NCBI GenBank assembly: GCA_028023455.1
Contig: JAQFVV010000005.1
Coordinates: forward strand, 4,154,001-4,218,000
Direction: 5' to 3'
From: Epiperipatus broadwayi
Lineage: Eukaryota; Animalia; Onychophora
Length of the DNA: 64,000 nucleotides
Part shown: positions 1 through 13,899 of the stretch, in pieces
Layout: every line of letters starts with the position of its first letter
How positions within the stretch are numbered: position 1 is the first letter of the stretch
Translations under genes and position numbers: made by a program
Notes under the pieces: generated by a model
What the model was told of the DNA's origin: nothing
What the model saw: only the letters and a program-made list of their open reading frames with translations
Database searches by the model: none

Positions 1-275
1 TTGAAATTTTATAGACAAAACTTTTTGGAAGCTATGATACTGTCTGTAAATATTTGAAAGGAAACTTATGTATGTGTTTAAGACCTACCAATGCCTGGGA
101 AACAAACAAAAAAAACAATCTCAAAATACTTCTTAGCAGATCAAAGGCCTTGCCTTTTACAGGAAGACTCAAAAAAAAAAAAAGCATTACTCAGCTTAAA
201 GTTTTGAGTTTTTTTGTTGTTTTCTCCTCTAGATAAAAGTAACTAGTTAATCATTAATAAATAATAAAATAGTTT

Positions 276-358
276 TTTTTTTTTAATGTGTCAAAGCGTC
301 GGCCGAGACTACTGCTTGTAAGGCAACGGTGCTAATCACTCAGCCACCAACGCTTGAC
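276..358 (-). mobile_element. tRNA-derived SINE (family S1), internally deleted copy
   Basis: Minus strand reads GTCAAGCGTTGGTGGCTGAGTGATTAGCACC (A-box-like) to an A-rich tail. 16-bp TSD AATAATAAAATAGTTT at 260-275 and 359-374. Homologous to four other copies. Confidence 0.8.
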
Positions 359-3300
359 AATAATAAAATAGTTTATTACTCAGGAATTTATATGAAATTC
401 AAGCCTTGGCAATAACAATAGGACCATGATATATGGATCTGGGATCCAGAGTCCGCTACTCCGCCACAACACAAAATCGTGATAGAAATAATTTACAGAG
501 AATATTTGATGGTTTATTGGGTTTATTATATCTGTCTATCTAAAACAAAATAAATAAATCACTTTACAACTTATTAAAAAGCAACTATTATCTGGTCCAA
601 GTTTGAATCTAGGATGTAGCCATAGTAGAGACATGAACTATGGCTACATACATGATATTCTTCATTATTTACACGTAATTATATTATACATCAGTTAATC
701 AAGCTTAACATATTGAGCCAAATATTGTCAAACATTGCCAAGGCCATACTACATATAGATAAAAAATGGAAAACCACTTTTTATCCCCATCTAGGTTATA
801 TATATACACTAATAAAAAATTGAGTACTAATGGGGTGAAATTGCAGATCATCAAAAAAGTTTAAATGAATATTATATCACTCAGTCTAGATTAATGTAGG
901 CAAACTTGTATCAGGTTTCATTAACTTCTTAGTGAATTTATAATTTCATTCTGCTCTGTGTCTTAACCTTGTCATGGACAAACAAGGCAATTAAATCGAG
1001 GTTGTAACATTTAATGTTGCATACATGTGTCCTTCATAATGAATAATTATTTTATTAAAATGATTTTCTTAACTAAATTTAACTTCAAATTAATTTTAGA
1101 CAATACTAGAAGAATAAACATATTATAAAAGAATCAATTTATTTAAGGAAATAAAAAACAAGGTTTTTTTTATATTAGCCAGAGTAATATAACATTTTTA
1201 CTATATATCCACACCAGTTTAGATAATATATATATGCTTATGCTATAGCTCTGAAGAAGATTGCTAGACAGTCAAAACTGTAAAAATGTTTTGCCAAGTT
1301 GAATAAATTGTTGCACGGTAAAAAATATATAAAGAAAAGAGTATTTGTTTAATTGCTAAAATATCATATATTTTATATTTATAAAATTGGAATGTTTTAC
1401 AAATTATCAAAACAATCTAAAAAAATTATCTTGCAGTCATTCTAGTTGACAAAAAAACTTAAACAAGAGTTAGCATTTTGTGCAAAATGAAATCTGCAAT
1501 TAAATCTTACCTTTGAACTATAGAGGTTTATATTTTGCTACACCTGCCATCTATTAATAAAGGTAAAAAAATGAAGTATATAATGTTACCATTCATTTAA
1601 AAATATTTACAGTAAGATTTCAGTCAACTATCATTCAAGTATTCTCTGACTATATTGTGACTGACAAATTTAAGTAGAACTACCACCTTGAAATGACAAC
1701 AAATTTATCAATAAAAAATTATTCTTATTAACAGGTATGAGATTTCATTAAGTTCTTGGAAGTTTTATAATTTCACTTAAAAAAATTTCAACTGTTTACC
1801 ATATATTGTATATAACAACTCAGATGTGCATAGAAAATGGTGTTTTTTTTATGTATGTATAGAGTAACATTGTCAATCATCAGTGAAATTTAGTTAGAAA
1901 TGTTATTTGTGATGATTTTTTTAGCAGGTTACATAATTAAATATAATTGCTAGTTTAGCTCTTGGCATTTTTGATCTATATTCGCTTAACTAGTTCTAAG
2001 TATTTAACATTTAATTATAAATATTTTTATTTTAGATGAGGGCTCCATCTAATTCTCATACTAATTATGCTATTCATGCATTAATTATGCTAAGATGTTG
2101 ATATCATACTGCTAAATTGTCTAACTTCATAAATCTGAAACTATTTTTAAGTGCTATAAATGTTAGAACACTCTATTGATAACATTTTTATACTGAACTA
2201 ATTTTGTCTTGTGTGGCAATAATGACCATGGTGATAAAATTGGATAGACATGAAGACTTGTAGTTAGTTAAAAATTTCCCAGATAAGCTTTGAATTTAGA
2301 TAGTGTTAATACATTCAATTCATTAAATAAATATCTACAAATTTTATGTTGGGGAAGTAATCAATGTTTTAGGCAGTAGTCAAAGTCAGTCATTTAAATA
2401 TCAAAGTAATACCCAAATAACTTCTATGCATGAATAAAGGGAATGTTGACTCCTATAGTTATTAAACCTATATAATTTATTTTATCTTTATGATAATTTT
2501 CTGGGAGACACATATATTTTTCACAATAATTTACATGAAATGATATTTTGAAGAAATAATATCTTAATTCAGGAGTTAACCAAAAATGGTTAAAAGAAAG
2601 AAATACTAATGTTTATAATACTATTTATGATATATACATTTATCATTTAAGATATTGATAACCAATAATACAAACACAAAAATAGAATAAAAAAATATAA
2701 ATAAATACAGTTCAATTCTTTTACAACTACTGTCAATATAATAGTAATGATGAATTATTACCATTTTGTACCACCATTAATTAAACTTAAGAAAAATAAT
2801 ACAAAGTATTACTAAGATATATAAACAATCCAGATCAGAAATTAAATTAAACTCTTTATGTTGTGCATGTAATGATACTAAAATCCACGTCAGTAAATAA
2901 CATTTTTCCCAAGATGTTTAATGCATTTTTATTATTTTTGCATTCTCTATATTAAATAAATGCCTAAAATATTTTAATTCTTTTTTACATTTTTTTTTAT
3001 TTAATTCAATTACTGGATAATTTTTACTGTTACTAGTCTTTTTGAGAGCTGTTTTAAAACTAACTCCAAAAAAAATACACTCTCAGATTACTGAATTAAA
3101 TAAAACATTGGGAAAAGTATAAAGAAGAGAATGTTTTTAGATATTTAATTAAGTAAAATTTCTCTCAATATTTTTAATGGGATAATCATAAGTCATTCTT
3201 TCAGTGAGTTTTTAAAATTAATCCATAAAAAGTATATCTATATAAAACTTTTAATGTATCAACACATATAATTATAAACAAGGCAAAACTCTCCATACAG

Positions 3301-3380
3301 TAGTGTCACCCTGTGCCAACCAGAGTAATCAATGGATGCCAGAAGACTTGTGCATAAAATCCCTATCTAATGCCTGCTCA

Positions 3381-3437
3381 TCCAATATCCCCAGACTAGT
3401 TTCTGGCTTCTGGCCTTCGTCAGTGAGGAGCTTTGGG
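3381..3437 (-). ncRNA. Type I hammerhead ribozyme (family A), core intact
   Basis: Minus strand: CCCAAAGCTCCTCA-CTGACGA-AGGC CAGAA GCCA-GAAA-CTAG-TC-TGGGGATATTGGA. Stem I TCCTCA/TGGGGA. Confidence 0.8.
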
Positions 3438-3458
3438 TCTGAGAGCACTGCACCTAGA

Positions 3459-3515
3459 TCCAAAGCTCCTCGCTGATGTAGGCCACAAGCCAGAAACTAG
3501 TCAGGGGGTATTGGA
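3459..3515 (+). ncRNA. Hammerhead ribozyme (family A), degenerate
   Basis: CTGATGT (A9 changed) AGGCCACAAGCCA GAAACTAGTC AGGGGGTATTGGA. Confidence 0.6.
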
Positions 3516-3992
3516 TGAGTAGGCATTAGATATGAATTTTATGCACAAGCCTTTTTGGCATCCATTGATTACTCTGGTTGGCACTGGGTGGCACTATTGC
3601 ATGGAGAGTTTTGCCTTGTTTATAAACAATTATGTACTAGTATAAGAGATGGTGATCATGTGACATATAATTATACTTTAAATAGATATACACTTTACAG
3701 AAATATGTTTTGTAGAAATATCAGCTTAAATATGCATTGTAGGATTTATCGAATGATAGAATGGCATTGTCTGAGATTAAAGTGTTCCTCATTGGATTCT
3801 CCACAGAGTAAAATAAATCTTTAATTTGTGATCTACAAGTACTTGAGTTTGATATTAATAGAAAAGACTTCACTTTTTTCTAATATCTTAAAAGAACCAA
3901 ACAGATTAAGCTCCTAATGTGTATTTTATACATCTTGTCATTAAACTTGAAATTACCTTATGATTGATCATAAACAAAAATATAAGGATTGG

Positions 3993-4470
3993 TCACTGAT
4001 CCTCATCCACCAAGGTGATAAGTTTTTTTCTTAAAGAAATTTTATTCATTGCTATATTAAATGCTACAAATATAAAAATGACATCAATTACATATCTATT
4101 TGAGGCAAAGTAGATCCAACCTTCTCCCATGTTGCTTTTGTGATATAGCTTGGAGCAATTAGTCAGTCCCTCTTCATGATTTTCTCCCATAACTTTTTTG
4201 AATTTAATAGTGTCCATAAATAGACCCTGACCTACATAGTCATTAATTGATTTATAGTTTTCATTCATATTGCTGTACCATTCATGAGTTATCAATCTAT
4301 AATTGGACATACTGGGACATTTACTGGCTTAAAATGAAGAACTATCCATGAACTCAAGTGTCTGGGAGTTATTAAATGACACATCATTTGGATTTTCTTG
4401 AAAGCAGATGTGTATCTTTAAATGCTCATTCATTTTTATGCTTACAATGTAACAGTCAAAAAATAAACCA
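3993..4470 (-). pseudogene. Penelope-like reverse transcriptase fragment
   Basis: Frameshifted minus-strand translation ...LHFKPVNVPVCPIID... resembles the PLE RT start motif (HKPxVPxRPII), followed by the ORF-track peptide at 3993-4310. Confidence 0.5.
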
Positions 4471-4907
4471 TAGTTCTCTTGTCCATGGTATAAAATCAAA
4501 GATCAATGTAAAAAGTAGCAAATTATTCTAAGCACTTACCAGAATATAAATCTAGGATTTCATTCAATAATACCATCTTATTTGACTACTTATAACTATA
4601 GTTGACTTTTAAGTAAAAAAAAATTGTAAATTGAAAAAGTGGGCTATCAATAAAATTTCATAAATTTAAAAGAAATGGTGAAAAACCAATTTATTCGGAA
4701 AGTAGGCATGTATTTTACTATTATTAATGCACAAATATTGAAAATACAAGTAATGTAAGCTTTGTTATGAATATACAATTAGACAACATTGTTGAATTTT
4801 ATAGTAGATTAAACAGGAAAATAAGATTAATAATTTATCTTAATGGTAAATTATTCAACATAAGTAAAGAATTTTTATACAAATTCACAACATTCTTTGG
4901 ATCTAAC

Positions 4908-5715
4908 TGTAGTGTCTTTATCCTTGACTCTCAAATGGGCAAACAACAATTAATTAATAACTAAAACTAATTTAGTACTAAGGATTTATTATATGTTATA
5001 CAAAAACAAAACTGGAATACATATACAAACTTAAATATAATTAATACACACAGAAATAGGTGACCACAGGTTTCTAAAGCACTCTTCCAATATTGTCTGA
5101 TCATTACTATCTTATTTAATGGATTGTCACTTTCCACAACTATGCTAATAAACTACAAGTTCCCCCAAGTTAAAACCTAAGAACCCTTTAGGTTTACATA
5201 CAACAAAATAAGATCAGGACAATCTGCTTTAAATACTAGTCAGATTTTTATATCTTCAGATTCTGAAACATCTGGGTTTATTTCCTCACAGATGTTGACT
5301 TGTTACCAATGATACTCATTTTTAGCCCAATAGTACTTCAGCAACACAAAGGAGAAAAAAGCAGTTTAATCTACAATCCCCAAGTTTTTATTGTCTGCTG
5401 TTTAATTGTTCCCTTAGCAAAAATTTTCCATTCTTTAAAATTCTTTTGTGAAACCATTTAAATAATTTCACTTTTCAGATTTACTATTTTTATAAGATTT
5501 TTATTTTTATACTAATCAGTTCAAAATTTGATTTTCTGTTCTTTTCATTCAGTCTATAGAAACATTTTAATTACACAACTCTATTCATTTTCTTATATCT
5601 ATAACTCATTCCAAAACAGTTTCTATTGTCCTTAATTAGTACATTTAAATTTAACTTCTGGAGTATTCTTATTTATTTTTTATACTAAAATATTTATTGA
5701 AAATAAAATAGTACA
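4908..5715 (-). repeat. 3' LTR of Gypsy element (lacks about 370 bp present in the 5' LTR)
   Basis: Direct repeat of 9701-10976. Starts TGT after the PPT and ends ACA on the minus strand. Confidence 0.85.
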
Positions 5716-6249
5716 CTTCTTCTTCTCACTCCAGAAGTTGTAAATGTTTTTTACTCATAATCATTCCATCGTTCTGTTTTCTTTTGATACTCACAGGTCT
5801 GGGCAATTTATTTATTTCAGGTTTCACTTCATTTTTTTCTGCAACTTCACCAGTTTTCCTTGATTAACTGTTTTGCCTCTGTCTTTCTTTCTGTTTTGGT
5901 TCTTTCATAACTCTCCACCTCCTGCATATTTGCATTTGCCATATTTCCATCTGCAATTCCTTTGGTTCTCTTTTCTTTATATGTTTCATGTGGTGTTTGA
6001 ACTTTAAACCATTAATTCCACTAACAACATGTATTTGATTTGACAATATTTTGTCTACTGTTCCCTTATTTCCATCTAATGTTTCTCACCCACACAGGAT
6101 CACCAACTCTAAATGAATTACCTGGCTTCACATTTGGAACATTAATCTTTTCATTAGGATGCAAAAATGCCAATTTAGTCCTTAGTTTATGCTGGAGATT
6201 TTTCTGTCATTGTAGATGTCATTGAATGTTGGTATAGCATATATCTGTA

Positions 6250-8300
6250 ATGCATCGCTTTTCTACATTACTCATTTTTTTAAAACTTCTTTTTATTTGC
6301 TGCACCACACTCTCTAATAATCCACTTGACTGAGAATGATATGGAGTGTGCACACATGATTAATCCCATAGGTATAAAAAACTGTAACAATTCCTTTCCA
6401 GTAAACCCTACTCTGTTATCTGATACCATCACTTCTGCAAAAACCATGTATCAAGCAAAACAACTTTAAACACTAATTGTTTCCAAGGCACTAGTACCTT
6501 TCACTATATGGCATTCTATCCATCTTGAATGTGTCTGTAATTATTAGCAGAATTTTTTCATTCACTGGCCATGTATGATCAATATATACTTCCATACTTT
6601 GTTGCCTTTGCTCTGTATGCAAAATATTTCACAGGTTATGCACTTTTTGACTGACATGCAGCACAACCTTTAATGAATTTTTCTATATCTGCATTAATTT
6701 GCAGCCACCAAACATAGCTATGCACCAAAACTTTCACATGCACTATGCAAGAATGCCCTTCATGGAGAAGCTTTAAAACCTTATTCCTCCCTGCAGGTGG
6801 TATAACTACTCTATCCCCCATAGTACTATGCACCCCTACAAATAGATAACTACTTTCTATTAGCCTAAAACCCCACTGCCACATAACTAGGTCTAGTTTT
6901 AAGCCAGCCCGTCTTAAATCAAATTTATCACAATATCATATCATTTTTCTTTCCTAGTCCACTTTTGAACTATATTATTATTTAACACTTATGAGTTCAT
7001 GCTGTCAATATAATTAACATCAAACTCACTATTGCATGTCTTTTGACTATCTGGAAATCGTGACACTGCATCTGCATGCAAGATTTCTTTCCTCCATTTA
7101 TATTTTAATGAATAATCATATGCAGCTAACACATTCCACCATTGTAACATACACAGAATTAAATGTTCAGACAATGCATGGTTTGGTCATTTCCTAAAAT
7201 TCCCAACAAAGGCTTTTGATCAGTAATAATTTCAAAACTATGCCCCAAAACAAACTGATGATATTGTTTCATTGTGAAAAATGATCACCAAAGCTTCTTT
7301 GTCAATTTGACTGTAATTACCCTCCTTTGCTTTTGACAATGTTATGGATGTTTATGCAACAGGCCACTTGATATTATCTATAAGGTGAGTTAAAACAGCT
7401 CTTACCCCCCTCCCAGTCTGATGCATCAGTCATAATTCTAACTTCACATTCACTGTCAAAATATACCAACCTCATATCAGGTGATAACAGTTCTTTAGTT
7501 TTTCCAAAAGCCCTATCTTGAGTTTTTGACCAAACCTAACTTTGCCCTTTGTAGAATAACTCATATAATGGTTTTTCCACCACCATCTTATTTTTTAAAA
7601 ACAGCTTGATAAAATTAACTAGCACTAAAAATGCCTGAAGTTGCTTTATGTTCTTAGACCTTTCAGCATTTCTAACAGCTCTGACATTGTCCATTAAAGA
7701 ATATCTTCATTTACCTGAAATGCTGTGACCCAGAGATTTTAACTCTTGTGTCTTCCATACACATGTTTCATGGTTTAACTTAGTGATCACCTTATTTAAT
7801 TTATCACAAATTTTCAAAATTCTCTCTCTTAATGATTCACTAGATATTACTGTTATCAAAATAGCTTTATAATAAAGTGTTATCCCTTTTAATCCTTGTA
7901 ATTATCTTGTGTCTTCCATACACATGTTTCATGGTTTAACTTAGTGATCACCTTATTTAATTTATCACAAATTTTCAAAATTCTCTCTCTTAATGATTCA
8001 CTAGATATTACTGTTATCAAAATGGCTTTATAATAAAGTGTTATCCCTTTTAATCCTTGTAATTATACATTTAACTTGGCCTGAAAAATGGTTGGTGCTA
8101 TAGTAATTCCAAATAGTAAACAATTACATTTGAACAGCCCAGATGGTGTGGTTAGCATAAATATTATTGCTGAATTGTCCATAATTTCAATTTGATGATA
8201 TACTGAATTGATGTTCAATTTGGCTAAAAACTTTGCCTTAGACAAATTTCACTAAAACTTCTCTAATCTTTATTTAGAAATTTATTAACTGTCACATGGT
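6250..8300 (-). pseudogene. Gypsy pol (RT, RNase H, integrase) with many stops and frameshifts
   Basis: RT ...TPSGLFKCNCLLFGITIAPTIFQ; RNase H ...YDYSLKY...ADAVSRFP and D-A-S-D motif; integrase Zn finger RVVIPP...LHEGH...YVWW...CAACQ; integrase core VSDN. Confidence 0.9.
7745..8066. repeat. 161-bp near-identical tandem duplication inside the Gypsy RT
   Basis: 7745-7905 and 7906-8066 differ by about 1-2 bases. Confidence 0.95.
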
Positions 8301-8664
8301 AATCACTGTACATTCTGAATTTCATGTGGACATGACCCATTTTGCATCTTCTACAGATGCTAACACCTTTCTAGCCACCAACATTTTTAAAACTTTTCCT
8401 TGACCATTTTTCTCATCACAAATGGAATTTTCTGTAGCTTTCAAACCACCAGCTATAGGATTTCACTTAATTCTAAATATACCAAGTTTGCTTTTATTAA
8501 TCCTAACTTCTTACACCGCTCTCTATGGATTATTAAACTTCTTTGTCATTTAACAATATATACTGTCAAATAACAAGCTTTATTTCTATATGCAATTGGA
8601 GCATCTGCCATTCCAACCAATGCTAGTGAGTTTCTGTTTACATCTTAACTTTTATATCAGACAT

Positions 8665-9447
8665 TTAAATTTTAATCTTCTTATAACTTTTTGCTACTTC
8701 TTTCCATTGGCTTTCATACATCCATGAAATACCCAAACCACTATCAATCTCCATTTCCAGTTCCGCGCTATCTATTTTAAGTGTTAGCATATATTGATTT
8801 TGTGAGTGTGAAATCATACTCTTTTTAACTTCATATTGCTTACCTGTCCTTTGTTTGATTATTTCTTTTTTATCAATTGGCTTGGATGTTTTGCTAACTG
8901 TTGCTAAATGCACTCTGTTGCTGCAATTAAAACAGCTTTCTCGACACCATTTATAATTTTTTGCAAAATATTCTGTTTTCCAACAGCGAAAACATTTTCC
9001 TAAAGATATTGGTTCACTACTTGATTTATAATTTTTCTGTGGCCTACTTTTATTCATTTTATAAACTGTTGTTTTTCTCTCCTTGTCCACTTTACTTCTA
9101 AAAGTGAGAGCTTGCTCAATAATTAACTCATACACAATCTCTTTATTGATTGCTGATTCATAAGACAACTCCGTTTCCGTCAATAACATTTGTCTTAAAC
9201 TTTCATCTGCCATTCCCTATAGAAATTGATTCAACAAGATTTGTTCACCAAATTCTCCATACTGACCCTTTTTTACTAGCTGGTGTAAAGCTATATCAAA
9301 ATCCTTTATTTTTTCTTCTTTTGACTGGCTTTTATTGCAGAGTGCCAACCTAGTGATATGCCTAGATGTCCGCAAGCTAAAATGCTCTGTTAACTTATTA
9401 ACTATCATCTCATAATTTATTTCCTCTAACTTGTTAATAATTTTCAA
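8665..9447 (-). pseudogene. Gypsy gag and protease, frameshifted
   Basis: Gag ...KLTEHFS...DFDIALHQL; two degenerate CCHC knuckles (CFRCWKTEYFAKNY, CFNCSNRVHL); protease MEIDSG motif. Confidence 0.85.
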
Positions 9448-9700
9448 TTACTTTCCTCCTTGCCAAACACAACAATGCTGCTCCTTTCTACTACTCATGC
9501 CATTAAAATTCTTCCAAATTGCATCATATACAAAGGCCATTCCACTGCTTTTCCTATATTGAATTCAAAGATACTATCTTGACCTATCAACACTTTATCC
9601 ATGATTAAGTTATAAATCTATATGATTGCTTGACAATTCTAGTCCTACTTGTACTATTGATTTCCCTATCTGCCAAATTTCTGACTGCACCATTTTCTTG

Positions 9701-10976
9701 TGTCTTGTCTTTACCCAGAACTCTCGAATAGGCAAATCGCAATTAATTAATAACTAAAATGAATTTAGTACTAAGGATTTATTATATGTTATACAAAAAC
9801 AAAACAAGAATATATATACAAACTTAAAAATAATTAACATACAGAAAAATAGTTGATAACAGAATTTCTAAAACTCTTTAAACACTCTTCCAATATTTCA
9901 GCCCATATATCTAAAAAATACCCTAACAGCTATGATTTCAAATTCCAATTGCACTATGTCATTTATCTAAACATAATTCTAACACAAATCATTGATCAAG
10001 AAGCTATCCAATGCCTATATATCAGAGGATTGAAACCCCATTGCTACTCCTATCACCAGCAGGATCATTTAACAGTGCAATATGCTAATCTCCAAACTTC
10101 ACTTTCTAAGAAAAACAGCTGATCACCTAAATTCCCAAAACAACAAATAACAATCAACAGCAAATTTTTTCATGATTACATCCATCAATAGCCAAGAATT
10201 TATCTACATGCATACTACCTATCATGTACACTCATTCACACTCAATCTTGATCCACCACCTGTTCATTTGACACTCCATGAGACAGTCTTATTTATTGGA
10301 TTGTCACTTTCCATAACTTTATTAAATAAATTAGAAGTTTCCCAAGTTAAAATTTAAGAGCCCTGTAGGCCTACATAAAACAAAATAAAATCAGGATGAT
10401 CTGATTTAAATACTAATTAGATTTTTATATCTTCAGATTCTGAAACATCTGGGTTTATTCTTTTGCAGACATTCACTTGTTACCAAAGATACTCATTGTG
10501 AACACAAAAGCACTTCACCAGCACAAATAAGAAAAATAGTCTGCTGTTTAATTGTTCCTTTAAATTTTCCACTCCTTAAAATTCCTTTGCAATATCATTT
10601 AAATAATTTCACTTTTCAGATCTACTATTTTCATAAGATTTTATCTTTACACTAATCACTTCAAACTTTGCTCTTCCGATCTTTTTATTCGCCTGTAGAA
10701 ACCTTTTAATTATGCAATTCTATTTTTTTATATCTATAACTCATTCCTAAAACAGTTTCCCTTATCATTAATTAGTACATTTAAATTTAACTTCTGGAGT
10801 ATTTTTATCGATTTTTTTATACTAAAATATTTATGGAAGTCAAGCATTGTTAGCCAAGAAGTTAGTGCAGTCACCTTACAAGGAAGCAATTGGTTGCAGA
10901 CGGTTGTTGTGGGTTCGCCTCCTGGCCGATGCTATGACATATGAAAAAAAATATTTATGGAAAGTAAAATACTAAA
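9701..10976 (-). repeat. 5' LTR of Gypsy element, interrupted by a SINE
   Basis: Homologous to 4908-5715. Followed on the minus strand by TGGTGCAGTCAG, a possible degenerate PBS at about 9681-9692. Confidence 0.85.
10839..10947 (+). mobile_element. tRNA-derived SINE (family S1)
   Basis: GTCAAGCATTG...GGGTTCGCCTCC (B-box-like)...ATGACATATGAAAA. 15-bp TSD AAAATATTTATGGAA at 10824-10838 and 10948-10962. Absent from the other LTR. Confidence 0.88.
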
Positions 10977-12078
10977 TTAACCAAACTAAATTTTAAAATT
11001 ATCAAAGGATTTCAATATTATGAATGGAAAACCACTGAAAGATGAAGATACTTTGGTTAAATTTGGATACAGAATCAAGCTATAAACTTCTAGAATGTTC
11101 AGGAAAAATAAGTGATGTATTATGATGAAAGTATAACAGATTTACATTATATCTTGACTAACAAAAATGTATATTAACTCAATAATTTGTTTACTAAATT
11201 TGTGCAGAAAATGATTACTTATTAGAAGAATATAAAATATATTTAAATGCAAAACCAGAGAGATAAGATTATTGAAAATCATAACATCGAAGATTGATAT
11301 TCTTAATTTTTCAAAAATTTAAAATACAACTTTAAAAAATAATTTAAAATGTTTTGAAAATGATTAGGACATAAATGAGAGCAAGAAGAAGATAACAGAG
11401 ATTCAAAATATGAATTGATACTATAGATAACAGGAAAAATTTACTTGAAGTGAATGGTATATAAATGAAATAATATTACAGAATGATTCATAAAGCAAAA
11501 ATTATCTATTAAATATTTAAATGATAAAGAAATAAAAGAATACAACAATTATATATATAATATTGTTGAAGAAGACTAGTTTTCATTCATGTTCTATAAA
11601 ATTGACAAGCATTTGCCCATCAATTAATGTTTTAAAAGCATAGGCTTTCATCCATGCTTAGGGTTTATTCTTTAAATAAACCAAATTTACTGACTGTGCC
11701 TAAATTAGGGCCTGAACCTATTATGAGACTGATTTTTAAATTGGAAAAATTAAATTGCACACGTTCAGTTTATAAATCACAGTAAAAAAAAAAGTTTCTA
11801 ATTTTTAACTACCCATCATGCTAAATCTTATTAGTGTGAATATATGTAATAATTAACAATATAGCAATTTTATAAATATGTAACACTATGGAAGGAAACT
11901 AGTCTTCACACATGTGCTATAGAATTGACAAACACTATACCATCAATAAAGGTTTTAAATTTATAAGTGGTCCACCTAGGTTTAAAGCTTATAATTCTGT
12001 AAAATCATATAGATAAAAGTTAATAATTAATATTAAAATAATAATAATAATAACAACAATACAACCTCAACAACAGCA

Positions 12079-12460
<382 letters not shown>

Positions 12461-12559
12461 TCTAATTAGCTTGAGAATATGAAACCAAATTATATCTGAT
12501 TTAAATATCAGATTATTAGCTAGTCATGTAAAATGAAATTTAATGTGATTTTTAGATAT

Positions 12560-13330
12560 ATGCCTGCAGTTTTTCCAAATTTGTATCATAAGATTCATTG
12601 ATAACAGCACAATGAATGTAAATTTCATTGGATTTTTGTATTATAAAGATATCAAAATGTAAATCCTAGTAGTATCAAATTCTGAGAAATATTTATTAAA
12701 ATGCAATGGGAATAATTAGACTGGATAAAGACACTAAGAACATTTTATTTGATAATGATGTATGGCCAGTTGATTCTATCCCTCCAAAACTTTTTACAGC
12801 AATTCTGCAAAAATCATTTTATAGATTAAAATGGGAATGTAAAAGGGTTTAAAATAAATGGAATTGCATAAGATTGCTTACATTTTTCCATATTATGTGT
12901 TTGCTTTTGAAAATATTGTGCAAGAAATCCAGAAAATTCTTGAAAAGTGGGGTACAAAGACAAATACTAAAGCATTGTTCAATGATTTATTAGAAAAGGT
13001 GAGAAAATAAATATTGACAGTAGTAAATTGGAGCAGATCAAAAATTGAAATATATTTGTCAGATTATCAATATAGGTGGAAAGATAAATAAATTAATCAA
13101 AGAATTAAACTATCATAGAGTGCTTTTGGTAGAGATGATTTAATATGGAAAGAAAATAGTCCTATTCTATAAGTTTTGAAATACGATATTTAATAAATGT
13201 GATTTACTAGTGTTTATTTTTTGATTAAAATCTTAAACCCTTAATAGAAAAAGTCGTACAAAACTATAGACCAGACTTTAAAATATAAAACTGAAATCTA
13301 CAGGTGAATGAAGTTACAATAACATTATTA
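12560..13330 (+). mobile_element. Old RTE-clade LINE RT fragment
   Basis: Nucleotide similarity to 58960-59600, e.g. CCAAAACTTTTTACAGCA and AGAATTAAACT...AGAGTGCTTTTGG. Confidence 0.7.
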
Positions 13331-13474
13331 ATACAACTGTACAGGCTTAAACCTGCATTTATATATGTAATATATTTTGGTTCGAATTCATACTTTCACA
13401 TGACCTACCACTCTCAGTGCCATCTCATATTGCTGACCCACCTGATCACACACATGTTGAAAAGATAAATAATC

Positions 13475-13518
13475 ACCAATATACGTATTTCATGCTAAAC
13501 CAGCAATCATCAGTTGGT
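13475..13518 (-). ncRNA. Minimal type I hammerhead ribozyme (family F), core intact
   Basis: ACCAA-CTGATGA-TTGCT GGTTT AGCAT-GAAA-TACGTA-TA-TTGGT: 5-bp stem I, palindromic stem III, UA cleavage site. Confidence 0.82.
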
Positions 13519-13899
13519 CTAGATTATTATCCTCACAAATATATATAATCAGTACTCAGCTTTATATTAAGGTAGCCAATCTTTATACTTTAATTCCAAA
13601 ATGAGATCATATATGAAACAAATGAAAGAAATAAAGAGAAGTATGTTAAGGCAATATAACAAAAATTATAGATCAAAAAATTAGATTAGATATGGGGAAA
13701 ATAATATACTGTAATGCATTAATCATGATGAATGATGATGATTGTGATATGTCTATACATTTATATATTTATTATTACATAATAATGTATATTTGTATTT
13801 TTCTAAAAACTTGCACTGATGTGAGACAGACAGACATACATTTATTATGTACAGTAAATTCATTTCTGTAATCAATTATATATATATAAGGCATATGGC

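Larger units (their letters stand above)
3277..3662. mobile_element. Family A hammerhead-containing repeat, head-to-head fold-back insertion
   Basis: Two inverted arms homologous to the 24.3-kb array, joined at AGATCC microhomology near 3456. 13-bp TSD ACATATAATTATA at 3264-3276 and 3663-3675. Confidence 0.9.
4908..10976 (-). mobile_element. Full-length degenerate Ty3/Gypsy LTR retrotransposon (Mag/K02A2.6-like)
   Basis: Two homologous LTRs; domain order gag-PR-RT-RH-IN; PPT GAGAAGAAGAAG (5716-5727) abutting TGT; 5-bp TSD CTAAC (4903-4907) / TTAAC (10977-10981). Confidence 0.92.

Noticed and set aside
430-480. tRNA-like stretch (GGACTCTGGATCCCAGATCC on the minus strand)
   Set aside because: No cloverleaf and no B box.
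1245-1285. CTGAAGA-AGATTG/CAGTC-AAAA hammerhead-like motif
   Set aside because: GAAA is mutated and no 3' strand for stem I is present; at best a remnant.
3993-4310. Helitron-like reading of FASN...FIFVAFN
   Set aside because: The upstream frame gives a Penelope RT-start motif, and no Rep or helicase motifs are nearby.
11020-11560. Decayed reading frame with an LDTESS (protease-like) motif
   Set aside because: Too degenerate to assign; possibly another Gypsy remnant.
11565-11960. Diverged direct repeat with GAAACTAGTC / TGAAGAAGAC motifs
   Set aside because: Cannot be assembled into a full hammerhead in either copy.
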